From: an uncultured archaeon
Lineage (GTDB): Archaea > Aenigmatarchaeota > Aenigmatarchaeia > QMZP01
NCBI GenBank assembly: GCA_964389315.1
Contig: CAYMDJ010000001.1
Location: 543 to 64,542, forward strand
DNA: 64,000 nucleotides
Direction: 5' to 3'
This document shows, piece by piece, positions 40,546 to 49,793 of this stretch; positions within the stretch are counted from its first letter, which is position 1, and each line of letters opens with the position of its first letter. The translations under genes were made by a program, and so were the position numbers. Under the pieces are notes generated by a model, which saw only the letters and a program-made list of their open reading frames with translations, ran no database searches and was not told where the DNA came from.

Positions 40546-40632
40546 GTTTATAATATACCCTTGTTGTTTTTAGGGTTTTGGTGGAGCAGAAAGATATTTA
40601 AACGGTGGTTATAAGATAATTCCAGTGGTTTC

Positions 40633-41322
40633 ATGAGGATACTTGTGATAGCGGATATGCATGGCTATATTGATGAGGTGTCTGAGTTCTTCAGGAAGAT
40701 TGACGCCTCTGGGTTTGACCTGATAATCTCCCCCGGGGACTTCACGGACATGTTCAACCAGCCACCAGGCTTCTCACAGACGCATATAGCGGACCTGATG
40801 ATGCAGAAGCTCATCGCATACAACACGCCGCTCGTCTGCCTTCCTGGGAACCATGACCCCTATGAGATAATCGATTTGTTCAGGGAGTATGGAGTGAACA
40901 TCCACGGCAAGCATAGGGAAATTAAGGGAGAATCCTTCGTTGGCTGGGGTGGGGCGCTGACCCATTTCGGGACGGCGTTCGAACCGAGCGAGGAGGAGAC
41001 AAAGGCCTCCCTGGATGCGCTCTCGGAAAGGGTCAAGAAGGGGGACTTCACTCTCATTCTACACAACCCACCCCATGGAACGGACGCAGACCTGACGATT
41101 TCCGGTGAGCATGTCGGCTCGAAGGCGATAAGGGAGTTCGTGGACAGGATGCATCCAAAGCTGGTAATATCCGCACACATACATGAGGCGAGGGGGGTGT
41201 CAAAGCTGGGCGATATCACCATATTCAATCCCGGACCATTCTATGCGGGATGTTATGGTGTAATAGAGATTGATGGAAAAAACGTTAAGTGTGAATGTAA
41301 AAAGGTAGAGCTTGACGTCTAG
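40633..41322 (+). CDS. Calcineurin-like metallophosphoesterase
   Basis: ADMHG, PGDF, PGNHD, HNPP, AHIHE, NPG. Confidence 0.9.
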   Translation: MRILVIADMHGYIDEVSEFFRKIDASGFDLIISPGDFTDMFNQPPGFSQTHIADLMMQKLIAYNTPLVCLPGNHDPYEIIDLFREYGVNIHGKHREIKGESFVGWGGALTHFGTAFEPSEEETKASLDALSERVKKGDFTLILHNPPHGTDADLTISGEHVGSKAIREFVDRMHPKLVISAHIHEARGVSKLGDITIFNPGPFYAGCYGVIEIDGKNVKCECKKVELDV

Positions 41323-42056
41323 TCCCTCGGCTGGGCTGTGTTTTTCAGGTTGGTTATTATATTGTCAACAGAATCCATCCTGCAGATTGCCAGGGGTATA
41401 TTCTCAACCTCAGCTATCCTCTTCGCGACCTCGTTGATCGTGTGAAGGCCGTGGACTATCACCAGGCCGGGGTGCAGGTTTGTCAGCTTTATCGCGACCA
41501 TTGGCGTCTTCCCTGTCGAGGTCTTTGTGAATATCAGTGCGCGCTGTGTCGTTATCCCATACATCTTCACGAGCTCTGTGAACGGGAGTTCTGTTATCGC
41601 CTTGAGGGAATCTATAATGGTGTAGCCGTATATCTCCTTATCTATCCCTCCCCTGACTATCAGGGTGCTGTTCGTGAGCCTGCAAAACTCCTCTATTGGC
41701 ATGGGCGACGAGAATTCCTTTATATCTATTATCGCGCTCGAGACCGTGAGTGGGGAGGATTCCTTGGAAAAGCTTCTCAGAACATTGCCGCCCCTGCTCT
41801 CATCTATCTTAAGCAGGGCGCCTACGTATTTATTGACCATCTTTATTCCGGGCGACCTCCTCCTGCCCGACTCGTAATCAGAGATGACAGAGGGTGTGAT
41901 GCCAAGCTCGTTTGCAAGGGTCTTTTGTGATATCTTGAATATGTTCCTCCATTTCTTTATGGCCCTGTCCGAATTATCTGTGAGGACTATCTCACCAACG
42001 ATGTCCTTGGCGAGTTTCTGTTTGGCAAGGAAAAACTCGTCAGTTATATTATCCAT
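41319..42056 (-). CDS. Conserved archaeal XRE-type HTH transcriptional regulator
   Basis: IVGEIVL...KKWRNIFKISQKTLANELGITPSVISDYESGRR; RALIFTK...GKTPMVAI. Confidence 0.85.
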   Translation of the reverse strand: MDNITDEFFLAKQKLAKDIVGEIVLTDNSDRAIKKWRNIFKISQKTLANELGITPSVISDYESGRRRSPGIKMVNKYVGALLKIDESRGGNVLRSFSKESSPLTVSSAIIDIKEFSSPMPIEEFCRLTNSTLIVRGGIDKEIYGYTIIDSLKAITELPFTELVKMYGITTQRALIFTKTSTGKTPMVAIKLTNLHPGLVIVHGLHTINEVAKRIAEVENIPLAICRMDSVDNIITNLKNTAQPRD

Positions 42057-42103
42057 ATCCGTTTATTGTTAGAGTGGTATTTAAGTGTTGTTTTGGTGTT
42101 CGA

Positions 42104-42278
42104 CCCCCGTTTCATATGGAGGTTTGAAAACCTCACCACAACCCTACCATTTCCTGTGGAGATTGTCTTTTTTGTGAATCAACAACAAGAAAGATGTATA
42201 ACATTGTTATATTATAATAAATAAATTTTTATGACAAACAAACCTTTTATAAACAACATTCCAATAGAAACAATGGGG
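42104..42278. other. Probable replication origin (oriC) with ORB elements flanking an AT-rich unwinding region
   Basis: ORB-like TTCCAATAGAAACAATGGGG (+, 42259-42278); CTCCATATGAAACGGGGG (-, 42104-42121); CTCCACAGGAAATGGTAGGG (-, 42142-42161); AT-rich tract about 42180-42255; directly upstream of cdc6. Confidence 0.8.
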
Positions 42279-42311
42279 TTGGGGTCTATAATTTAGGTTT
42301 GGTGTGTTTCA

Positions 42312-43514
42312 ATGCAGGGCTCGCTTAAGGATATATTTGATAGTTATGTTAAGGGGGGGCGTGTCTTTAAAAACAAGGAAACGCTCTCCATAAGGTTTGC
42401 GCCAGACAACATACCACACAGGGACAGGCAGTTGAAGCAGATTGGTTTAATAATCGCGCCCGTACTGAGGAACGAGAAGCCATCCAACATATTCGTATAC
42501 GGGAAGACGGGGACGGGAAAGACGCTCGTTGTCTCCAATGTTATAAACACACTACTCAAATCAGCGGACGGGTCTGATTCACGGCTTAGGATAATATATG
42601 TAAACTGTAAGATGAAGAAGACGACAGACACGGAATACAGGCTGCTGGCTCACCTACTATCTTACTTCGGTGAGACGGTCCCATACACAGGCCTTCCTAC
42701 AAATGAGCTCTACTCAAAATTCTATAAATACCTAGATTCAAGGAACCAGAACGTAATAATAGTCCTGGATGAGGTGGATTCCCTTATAAGGAAGATAGGT
42801 GATGACATACTCTACAACCTGACCAGGGTAAACCAGGAGCTTGACAACTCCCAGCTTACGATAATAGGCATATCAAACAACATATCCTTTATAGAGACTC
42901 TCGACCCCAGGGTGAGGTCCTCCCTGTCCGAGGAGGAGATTATATTCCCTCCGTACAATGCTTCCGAGCTGAGGGACATACTGACAGAGAGGACGGGCCA
43001 GGCGTTCAGCCCCGGAGCCGTCCCTACGGGAGTTGTCGCGAAATGCGCAGCGCTTGCCGCGCAGGAGCATGGGGATGCGAGGAAAGCGCTGGACCTACTG
43101 AGGGTTGCCGGTGAGATAGCAGAGAGGAACGGCAGCCCCGTGGTTGAGGAGAAACATGTTGACATGGCAGAAAAGAAGCTGGACACGGACAAGATAATGG
43201 AGACCATACATTCCCAACCAAAACAGTCGCAGGCTGTCCTGAAGGCGATTCTCTCCCTTTACGGGGACGGTGAGAAGAACATACAGACCGGGGACGTTTA
43301 TGATTCGTATTCAAGGATATGCCGCTCCAACGGAATCACCCCGCTTACGCAGAGGAGGGTATCGGATCTCATATCAGAGCTTGACATGTTCGGCGTAATC
43401 AACGCGAGGGTTACCTCAAAGGGGAGATACGGCAGGACTCGCGTGATAAATATAAACCACCCGGAAACGCTCATAAGAAAGATGGGGGACTTCCTGGTGG
43501 GGGAGTTTGGCTAG
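42312..43514 (+). CDS. cdc6: Orc1/Cdc6 replication initiator
   Basis: IPHRD, YGKTGTGKT (Walker A), IVLDEVD (Walker B), GDARKALDLLR, winged-helix SKGRYGRTR. Confidence 0.95.
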   Translation: MQGSLKDIFDSYVKGGRVFKNKETLSIRFAPDNIPHRDRQLKQIGLIIAPVLRNEKPSNIFVYGKTGTGKTLVVSNVINTLLKSADGSDSRLRIIYVNCKMKKTTDTEYRLLAHLLSYFGETVPYTGLPTNELYSKFYKYLDSRNQNVIIVLDEVDSLIRKIGDDILYNLTRVNQELDNSQLTIIGISNNISFIETLDPRVRSSLSEEEIIFPPYNASELRDILTERTGQAFSPGAVPTGVVAKCAALAAQEHGDARKALDLLRVAGEIAERNGSPVVEEKHVDMAEKKLDTDKIMETIHSQPKQSQAVLKAILSLYGDGEKNIQTGDVYDSYSRICRSNGITPLTQRRVSDLISELDMFGVINARVTSKGRYGRTRVININHPETLIRKMGDFLVGEFG

Positions 43515-44402
43515 ATGGACAGGAAGGGGGCTGTGAGGGAACTGATATCCCGGGGAGAAATACCCACACCAGAGCTTATAGACAGGATGGTTTCCGGGAG
43601 GGGGGGTGGTAAACCCGAAGAGAGGGGGGCTGAAAATAAACGGGGCGAAGAAAGGATTGGGGTGAAGGTTCTTTCGCCCGAGAAAAAGGAAAGGCTCTCG
43701 GCCCAGGATTTCACGGCGTATTACAATAACAAGTATGAGGGGTTGAGGGAGATTCTCTCCTCAAAAATCAGCGCGATATCCATAAACAAGGCCACGGAGA
43801 CCTTCGGTGAGGTTGGTGTTATCGGAATGGTTAGGGAGAAGACACCCACCGGTTATATTATAGAGGATACCACGGGCTCGATAGAGCTTGTCCAGAAAGG
43901 CAGCAACATGGTGACGGGTGATGTCATAGGGGTTTCCGGCCAGGTAAAGGAAAACCGGCTATTTGGAAATGGCGTCGTGCTTCCAGACGTCTCACTAACC
44001 CAAAAATATGGCACCGTAAAGGGGGTCAGGATAACACTCTCCAGGAAGCCGCCCAAAAAGAGGGAAGAGGGAACGCTCCATTTCCATGCGGAGGGAAACG
44101 GGGGGCTCCCAAACGGCAGCCGGATAGAGATATCTGGTGGAGGGAAGGTCAGGATACTCTTTTATTCCCCCTTGGGGAAGGCAGGGCCCCAGGAATGCAC
44201 AGAGTGCTTGAAGAAGAGGCACCTCACCATCTCAAATAAGGAGATAATTTCACCCAAGGACGATTTCATAATAAGAGAGGTCCCTGACATGCTGTGGTCG
44301 AATTCGGACAACCGTTTTGTGGAGAGTTATAAGGGGGTCCTCATAATATCGCCGGGCAGCGAGACCGTCAGCGTTGACCTGGGAACCAGGAGAGTCTATT
44401 AA
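43515..44402 (+). CDS. Shortened DNA polymerase D small subunit (DP1)-like protein, phosphoesterase motifs lost
   Basis: DFTAYYNNKYEGLREIL; OB-fold VIGMVREK...IEDTTGSIEL...GDVIGVSG...VVLPDV; LKKRHL...DDFIIREVPD; directly after cdc6. Confidence 0.7.
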   Translation: MDRKGAVRELISRGEIPTPELIDRMVSGRGGGKPEERGAENKRGEERIGVKVLSPEKKERLSAQDFTAYYNNKYEGLREILSSKISAISINKATETFGEVGVIGMVREKTPTGYIIEDTTGSIELVQKGSNMVTGDVIGVSGQVKENRLFGNGVVLPDVSLTQKYGTVKGVRITLSRKPPKKREEGTLHFHAEGNGGLPNGSRIEISGGGKVRILFYSPLGKAGPQECTECLKKRHLTISNKEIISPKDDFIIREVPDMLWSNSDNRFVESYKGVLIISPGSETVSVDLGTRRVY

Positions 44403-44425
44403 TACAAGAAAACAAACATAAAAGG

Positions 44426-45640
44426 ATGTTTGTCTACATCCTGGCTGCCCTTCTTTTGGGGATTGCCATAGGCACCCTGACTGGTTTGATTCCGGGCGTC
44501 CATCCAAACACGGTGTTCGTGTTTCTTCTCAGCGTTGTCGTGTTCCTCCCACTGAGCCCCGAAATACTTCTGGTTTTCATAATCTCTGTGGCGGTCTCGA
44601 ACACGTTCACGGATTTCCTTCCCTCCCTGATATTCGGCGTGCCAGACCCGGCCACTGCACTTTCTGTCCTGCCCGGGCACAAAATGGTTCTGGAGGGGAA
44701 CGCACACGAAGCGCTGTTCCTGACGGTCGTTGGTGGCCTGGGCTCAATATTCCTGATAATCCTCACCCTGCCGCTGCTGTTCCTGGTCCTCCCTGCTCTC
44801 TATGGGACGATAAGCCCGTTCATGCACATAATCCTGTCGGGGATTGTTGCCTGGATGGTGTTCGGTGAGAGTAACAGGAAGGCCGCCCTGCTGGTCATTG
44901 CGCTGTCCGGGGCGCTGGGGTTCGTGTCACTTAATGCGTTCTCTGATGCTGCCCTGTTCCCTGCATTCACGGGGCTGTTTGCGCTGAGCACGCTCTTTGC
45001 TAGCGTGAGGAGAGAGGGAGAAATCCCCCCGCAGAAGAAACCCACTGATGTTAAGGGGCCATTCAGGAGAGGGATAATCACGGGCTGGCTTGCCGGCTGG
45101 TTCTCTGGAATGCTTCCTGGCATAGGAGCGGCCCAGGCAGGGGTCCTTGCTGCTCAGGTACTGAAGGCGAAGACCAGGGACTTCCTGACTGCGCTCGGTG
45201 GTATAAACACGTCCAATATCGTGTTTACGTTGATAATGCTCTACCTGATTGGCAGGACAAGGTCCGGTGCAGCAGTGGCGGTCTCACAAACAATCGGATT
45301 AATGGGACCAGGCCACTTGGTGCTGGCGATAATCACAGTCCTTGTGGTAGGGTGCGTTTCCGCGCCCCTTACACTCTTCCTGGGAAAGAGGTTCATATCG
45401 CTGGTGGAGAGGATTGATTACGTGAAGATGAACAAAACCATCATAATAGGACTGATAGTGATGGTGGTTGCCTTCTCCGGCCTGGTTGGGATAATCATAA
45501 CATTCGCGGCGGCGTGTATAGGGATAATAACGATAAATTCCGGAGTAAGGAGGTCGCATCTAATGGGTTTCCTGTTGGTGCCAACGATTCTATACTTCTC
45601 TTCGGTTGGGGTTTATATGAAGGTTTTTGCGGGGATGTGA
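44426..45640 (+). CDS. TctA-like (tripartite tricarboxylate transporter family) membrane protein
   Basis: GTLTGLIPGVHPN, PSLIFGVPD, SVLPGH, GRTRSG; polytopic. Confidence 0.8.
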   Translation: MFVYILAALLLGIAIGTLTGLIPGVHPNTVFVFLLSVVVFLPLSPEILLVFIISVAVSNTFTDFLPSLIFGVPDPATALSVLPGHKMVLEGNAHEALFLTVVGGLGSIFLIILTLPLLFLVLPALYGTISPFMHIILSGIVAWMVFGESNRKAALLVIALSGALGFVSLNAFSDAALFPAFTGLFALSTLFASVRREGEIPPQKKPTDVKGPFRRGIITGWLAGWFSGMLPGIGAAQAGVLAAQVLKAKTRDFLTALGGINTSNIVFTLIMLYLIGRTRSGAAVAVSQTIGLMGPGHLVLAIITVLVVGCVSAPLTLFLGKRFISLVERIDYVKMNKTIIIGLIVMVVAFSGLVGIIITFAAACIGIITINSGVRRSHLMGFLLVPTILYFSSVGVYMKVFAGM

Positions 45641-45647
45641 AGGTTGC

Positions 45648-45692
45648 CATGTCCCATTGGGGGTAGACGTTAACTTCATGTGGAGTTCATAT
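45648..45692. repeat. 45-bp perfect direct repeat, copy 1
   Basis: CATGTCCCATTGGGGGTAGACGTTAACTTCATGTGGAGTTCATAT, identical to 46392-46436. Confidence 0.95.
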
Positions 45693-45729
45693 AAAAACGA
45701 CCCAAACTTCACGTGTTTATACTAAATAT

Positions 45730-46362
45730 CTATACAGAAAGAGGATCAAGCGCTTCATCAAGAAGGTCTATCTTATATCCCAGCGTGAAGCCGACCCTGT
45801 CTTTAAAGAGGTCCAGCCGGGTCTTCCCCTCTATATCAAGGCAGAAATAAGAACCACTGCTGTAGAGGGACGAGCGAATGCCAACCCCCTTAAGGAGAGA
45901 ACCGACACCCTCCAGTCCCCTCTGGTTGGCAGACGTGCACCTGACCCTTCTTATCTTATGCTTCCCCCTTTTTGTCTTCTTGACGTAATGGGTCACGATA
46001 CCTTCACAATCAAAGAAACCCCTCAGGAACATCACACCGAGCCCTTTGTCCTCGGCGCATCTCCTGGGAATCACCCAGGAAGAGGTTCCTGCGACCATTC
46101 CCCACCTTGACACAAACGATTCAACAACATCCTTCCCGTATTTAACGACCCTGTAAGAGACGCGCGACTCGTTTCCATGCTCCCTCATGCTGGTATAAAC
46201 TCCCGGCTTTCCCAAACATCTCATGAGCGCGTCTGAGAAAACCTTCACGAGTTCCCACCTTGACGTGCCCAGCGATATGTAGTAGTTTCCAGCTTCATGG
46301 TTGAGCTCTATCCTGCCTGCGGCGCAGAGGAGACCGCATAGGTAGGCGCCTGTTTTCTCCAT
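45730..46362 (-). CDS. Free-standing LAGLIDADG endonuclease-like protein
   Basis: AYLCGLLCAAG (degenerate motif 1) and FLRGFFDCEG (motif 2); LFKDRVGF like the intein endonuclease block; start at 46362 or 46401. Confidence 0.75.
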   Translation of the reverse strand: MEKTGAYLCGLLCAAGRIELNHEAGNYYISLGTSRWELVKVFSDALMRCLGKPGVYTSMREHGNESRVSYRVVKYGKDVVESFVSRWGMVAGTSSWVIPRRCAEDKGLGVMFLRGFFDCEGIVTHYVKKTKRGKHKIRRVRCTSANQRGLEGVGSLLKGVGIRSSLYSSGSYFCLDIEGKTRLDLFKDRVGFTLGYKIDLLDEALDPLSV

Positions 46363-46391
46363 GCGTGATATTTGGAGGCAGGTTTTATAAG

Positions 46392-46436
46392 CATGTCCCA
46401 TTGGGGGTAGACGTTAACTTCATGTGGAGTTCATAT
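46392..46436. repeat. 45-bp perfect direct repeat, copy 2
   Basis: Identical to 45648-45692. Confidence 0.95.
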
Positions 46437-46562
46437 GAAACACCACAACCAAACCCTGCGTAGGAAGCAAAGGCACATGAAATTCACGCCAGTCACGTCA
46501 AGACGCTCCGGGCTTTGTCTGGGGGAACGGGTATATGTTTTTAATTTGCACATCCCATCACT

Positions 46563-49238
46563 TCAGTGGCGGGCACTTAACGGGCACGTCATCACACACT
46601 CAACCGGTCCCTTTGACGAGCCTATCAGGAGAGCCTTCCCACATTCACATGTCCCCGAAAGGGACGAGCCCTCATAGAACCTTCCACACCCGCTGCACAC
46701 GAATCCGGTCATGTCAGATATCCCAGCCTCCCTCGCAACGTTCTTATCCTCCACACCATTCAGGCCGAACGATGACATCAGGTCCATCTGCTTCCCGTTC
46801 CCAAGGAGCTCTGACTTGCTCACACCAAGGGCCCCGAATATCCTCTCCAGCGGAGGAAGGAGCTGGTTCTCGATATAATACTTGGGGTCCACCTGAACCC
46901 CTTTCTCCTTTATATAGTTCGGGTCCTCTGCCCGCTTTGACAGCAGTGACGTTCCCTTAACTATGACATAACCGACCCTGTCTCCCACACCAGGAGCCTC
47001 CTGCGGGTTCCTTATCCTCATCTTCTTCACGAGTTCTACGTGTGGCTGTATCCCCGCATACCTCTCAGGCGCCCTGGTCAGGGACTTGGTAACGACGAGC
47101 TTCTCCACAGGTATCTTCCCGCTAGTCAGCCCCCTAACTATCTCACCGAACCTCTTCACGGCCTCTTCCTGGTCGTCCCTCTTAACTATGATGTCTATTA
47201 TCTCCTTCATGGTGTCGCTGACCAGCTCGCACCAGTCCCTCCTGACGGTCTCTATTCCCTTCATCTCTATACCCTCCTTCCACCCGCCGTTCGAGGGCTC
47301 GAACTTCCACGCGACATACCTCTTCTTCGTGAGCGGAAGAAATCTCCGGAAGAGTTTCTCGAACTCCAGCTCCATCATACCAGGAAGCTTGTCTGTCACA
47401 TACTCCGATATCTTCTCGGCCTCCCTGCGTATCCTGTTCATGTCATCCATACCCATCTTCACCATGACGGAATCCGTATCACCGTACACCACCCTATGCC
47501 CGAACTCCTTCTCTACCATATCCTTGGTCTTGTGTATCATGTCCCTGCCCGTGGCGGTTATCACGTTGGCTATCCTTATGTCATATATCCTGGCCCTCGA
47601 GTATCCCATGTGCCCGTAGAACGCGTTTGCCATTATCTTCAGTGCCCACTGCTCAGCGTCGTAAACCCTCCTCCTGTTCTCATCCTTGGCATCCACCATC
47701 TTCTTCTTTGCAGCCCCCCTCCTCTTCATCAATTCCTCGAGTATCCCCGGGATTATGCCGTGCCTTACGCCCTTGGGGACGAACGACGTCCCCGTGACCG
47801 TGACTATGGGCTTCTCCACCTTCTTGTCCGTTATCATGGTCGTGGGGCAGACGTTGAAGGTCCTTATTATCGATGGATACATGCTCTTGAAATCAAGGAC
47901 CACCACATTATCGTGAAGCCCCTTGTCTGGCTCGAGGACAAACCCGCCCTTGAGCTCATTCTTTCTCGATGCCTCCCTCTCGGCAACGTCCTCCTCCTTC
48001 GGTCTGCACGGGAAGACGAATCCCCCCTTGTTGAATTCCTGGAGAAGGAAGTTCTCTATCCGTTGTGTCTCCCCGCTGGTCAGTGTGTCCTGTATAAGGG
48101 TCCCCGATATCTTTGAAAGCGCTATGTATTTGTCCATCAGCCTCATCTTCAGCACGAGGTCCAGCGCGAGCCTCGAGTCCTTCTTGCAGTATTCGACGAA
48201 CCTCTCGAACCCCTCCTGGCCTCCTTTCCAGAGGTCTTCCATCTCGCTTATCCGTATGGGAATCTTGCTGTCCCCGAGCAGGTTCTTGACGACCGTCCCG
48301 AGGTCATACCTCATGAAGGAGAAGTCCTTCTTGATGATTTCAAAACTGTCGAATATTATCCTTCCTGTCGCGGATACCCTGTATCTCGCCATCAGCTTCT
48401 TCGCTATGACCGGCTTCTGTGTGCACCTTCCCATCACGGGCCTCATCCTGTATTTTTTCATCCTCTCGAGCAGGTATGGAAAGTCGAAGTTGTTCACGTT
48501 ATACCCGGTTATGACGTCCGGGTCATACTGGGAGACTATATCCAGGAACCTGCTTATGATTTCCTCCTCTGTCGAGACCGCCGTCACCCCCTTGCCGGGC
48601 CTGGTGCTTATAAGCATGGATTTCTCGCCCTTGAACTCCTCGCTGAAGACCACCGATATCATTATCACGGGGTCCCTTACGGCATCTGGGGCGGTCCCGG
48701 AAACGAGCGGTATGCACTCTATGTCAAATGCCATGAACCTCAGGGGAGCGTTTTCCATCCTATCCACGGGCTCTATGCTCCCGGCCTTTATTGACTGGTC
48801 TGTCCTCACGGTGGCTGTTGGCGTTCCCTTACCCTCTTTTACCTTTATCCAACCGAGACCCTTTATACCGAAGTCGTTCATGAACCTGTACTTGAACAGG
48901 ATGTCAGACTCATACGTCCGGAGGCCCTTGCCATGTATCATGTCCCTTATTTCAGGCGTCCTTGACGGGTTCTGCAGGGTTATCTTCCACATATCAACAG
49001 GGTCGCTGAACCCCATGACCCTCTTCCTCCTCACCTTCTCCCTCTTGAGGACGTTGGGGTCGTCCTTGATGAACTCGAGCGCCCTCTCATCATCAACATA
49101 GAAATAAGGAAGATACTTGTCATAGAATACACAGACAGTCTTTCCATCCATCTTCTTGCCGAATATCCTCACGATCGGCTTCTCATCAACCAGCACGTAA
49201 TCGACGTCAAGCACCTGTATCTCCATCATCACACCCAT
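46563..49238 (-). CDS. polB: Family B DNA polymerase (Pol delta-like), with C-terminal Cys cluster
   Basis: FDIEC (ExoI), GYNVNNFDFPY (ExoII), YCKKD (ExoIII), DFKSMYPSII, KIMANAFYG, YGDTDS, KKRY, KGIETVRRD; no intein. Confidence 0.95.
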   Translation of the reverse strand: MGVMMEIQVLDVDYVLVDEKPIVRIFGKKMDGKTVCVFYDKYLPYFYVDDERALEFIKDDPNVLKREKVRRKRVMGFSDPVDMWKITLQNPSRTPEIRDMIHGKGLRTYESDILFKYRFMNDFGIKGLGWIKVKEGKGTPTATVRTDQSIKAGSIEPVDRMENAPLRFMAFDIECIPLVSGTAPDAVRDPVIMISVVFSEEFKGEKSMLISTRPGKGVTAVSTEEEIISRFLDIVSQYDPDVITGYNVNNFDFPYLLERMKKYRMRPVMGRCTQKPVIAKKLMARYRVSATGRIIFDSFEIIKKDFSFMRYDLGTVVKNLLGDSKIPIRISEMEDLWKGGQEGFERFVEYCKKDSRLALDLVLKMRLMDKYIALSKISGTLIQDTLTSGETQRIENFLLQEFNKGGFVFPCRPKEEDVAEREASRKNELKGGFVLEPDKGLHDNVVVLDFKSMYPSIIRTFNVCPTTMITDKKVEKPIVTVTGTSFVPKGVRHGIIPGILEELMKRRGAAKKKMVDAKDENRRRVYDAEQWALKIMANAFYGHMGYSRARIYDIRIANVITATGRDMIHKTKDMVEKEFGHRVVYGDTDSVMVKMGMDDMNRIRREAEKISEYVTDKLPGMMELEFEKLFRRFLPLTKKRYVAWKFEPSNGGWKEGIEMKGIETVRRDWCELVSDTMKEIIDIIVKRDDQEEAVKRFGEIVRGLTSGKIPVEKLVVTKSLTRAPERYAGIQPHVELVKKMRIRNPQEAPGVGDRVGYVIVKGTSLLSKRAEDPNYIKEKGVQVDPKYYIENQLLPPLERIFGALGVSKSELLGNGKQMDLMSSFGLNGVEDKNVAREAGISDMTGFVCSGCGRFYEGSSLSGTCECGKALLIGSSKGPVECVMTCPLSARH

Positions 49239-49436
49239 CTTAACAGGGGCAGGCCCCAGCAGGACACATACCCCAATTCAAATCATCCAATAACCCAACG
49301 GAACCCCAGAAATTCCAGATTTCCAACCCTAAATTATTGTCAGCACATAATAAAAAAACACCCTCACCCCAGACATATATTATAGAGGAGATGCTTGCCG
49401 CATAATTTATTTAAAACCCCGGAACAAGTGATATGC

Positions 49437-49757
49437 ATGAAAATCAACCCCAAGCAGCTCGAGAAGATGGCAAGGAAGATGGGAATCCAGAGCACGGAGA
49501 TAGACGCAGAGGAGGTCATAATAAGGACGAAGAAGAAGGAAATCATCATCACGAATCCACAAGTGTCAAAGGTCAACATGGCCGGACAGGACACCTTCCA
49601 GATATCCGGCGACATCGAGGAGAAGGACTCCTCAGAGTTCTCAGAAGAGGACCTCCGCCTAATCGTTGAGCAGACCGGCGCCACCCCCCAGGAGGCCGCG
49701 GAGGCCCTGGAAGAAACAGGCGACATCGCCCATGCCATCCTGAAGCTCAAGAAATGA
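49437..49757 (+). CDS. nac: Nascent polypeptide-associated complex protein (aeNAC)
   Basis: NPKQLEKMARKMGI, AEEVII, NPQV, FQISG, UBA-like GDIAHAILKL. Confidence 0.9.
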   Translation: MKINPKQLEKMARKMGIQSTEIDAEEVIIRTKKKEIIITNPQVSKVNMAGQDTFQISGDIEEKDSSEFSEEDLRLIVEQTGATPQEAAEALEETGDIAHAILKLKK

Positions 49758-49793
49758 ACTGGTTTTAAGCCGGGGCTGCCATAATATATTAAT

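Noticed and set aside
45676..45688. ORB-like core (CTCCACATGAAG) inside the 45-bp repeat
   Set aside because: Lacks GAAA and the G-string; too short to distinguish from chance
45648..46436. Possible CRISPR array or intein
   Set aside because: Only two repeats about 700 bp apart, no cas genes, and no intein splicing motifs or host gene fusion
47040..49101. Long plus-strand ORFs (358 and 392 aa)
   Set aside because: Antisense to polB with no recognisable motifs; typical codon-bias shadows, as for 35199-36176 and 49364-50368
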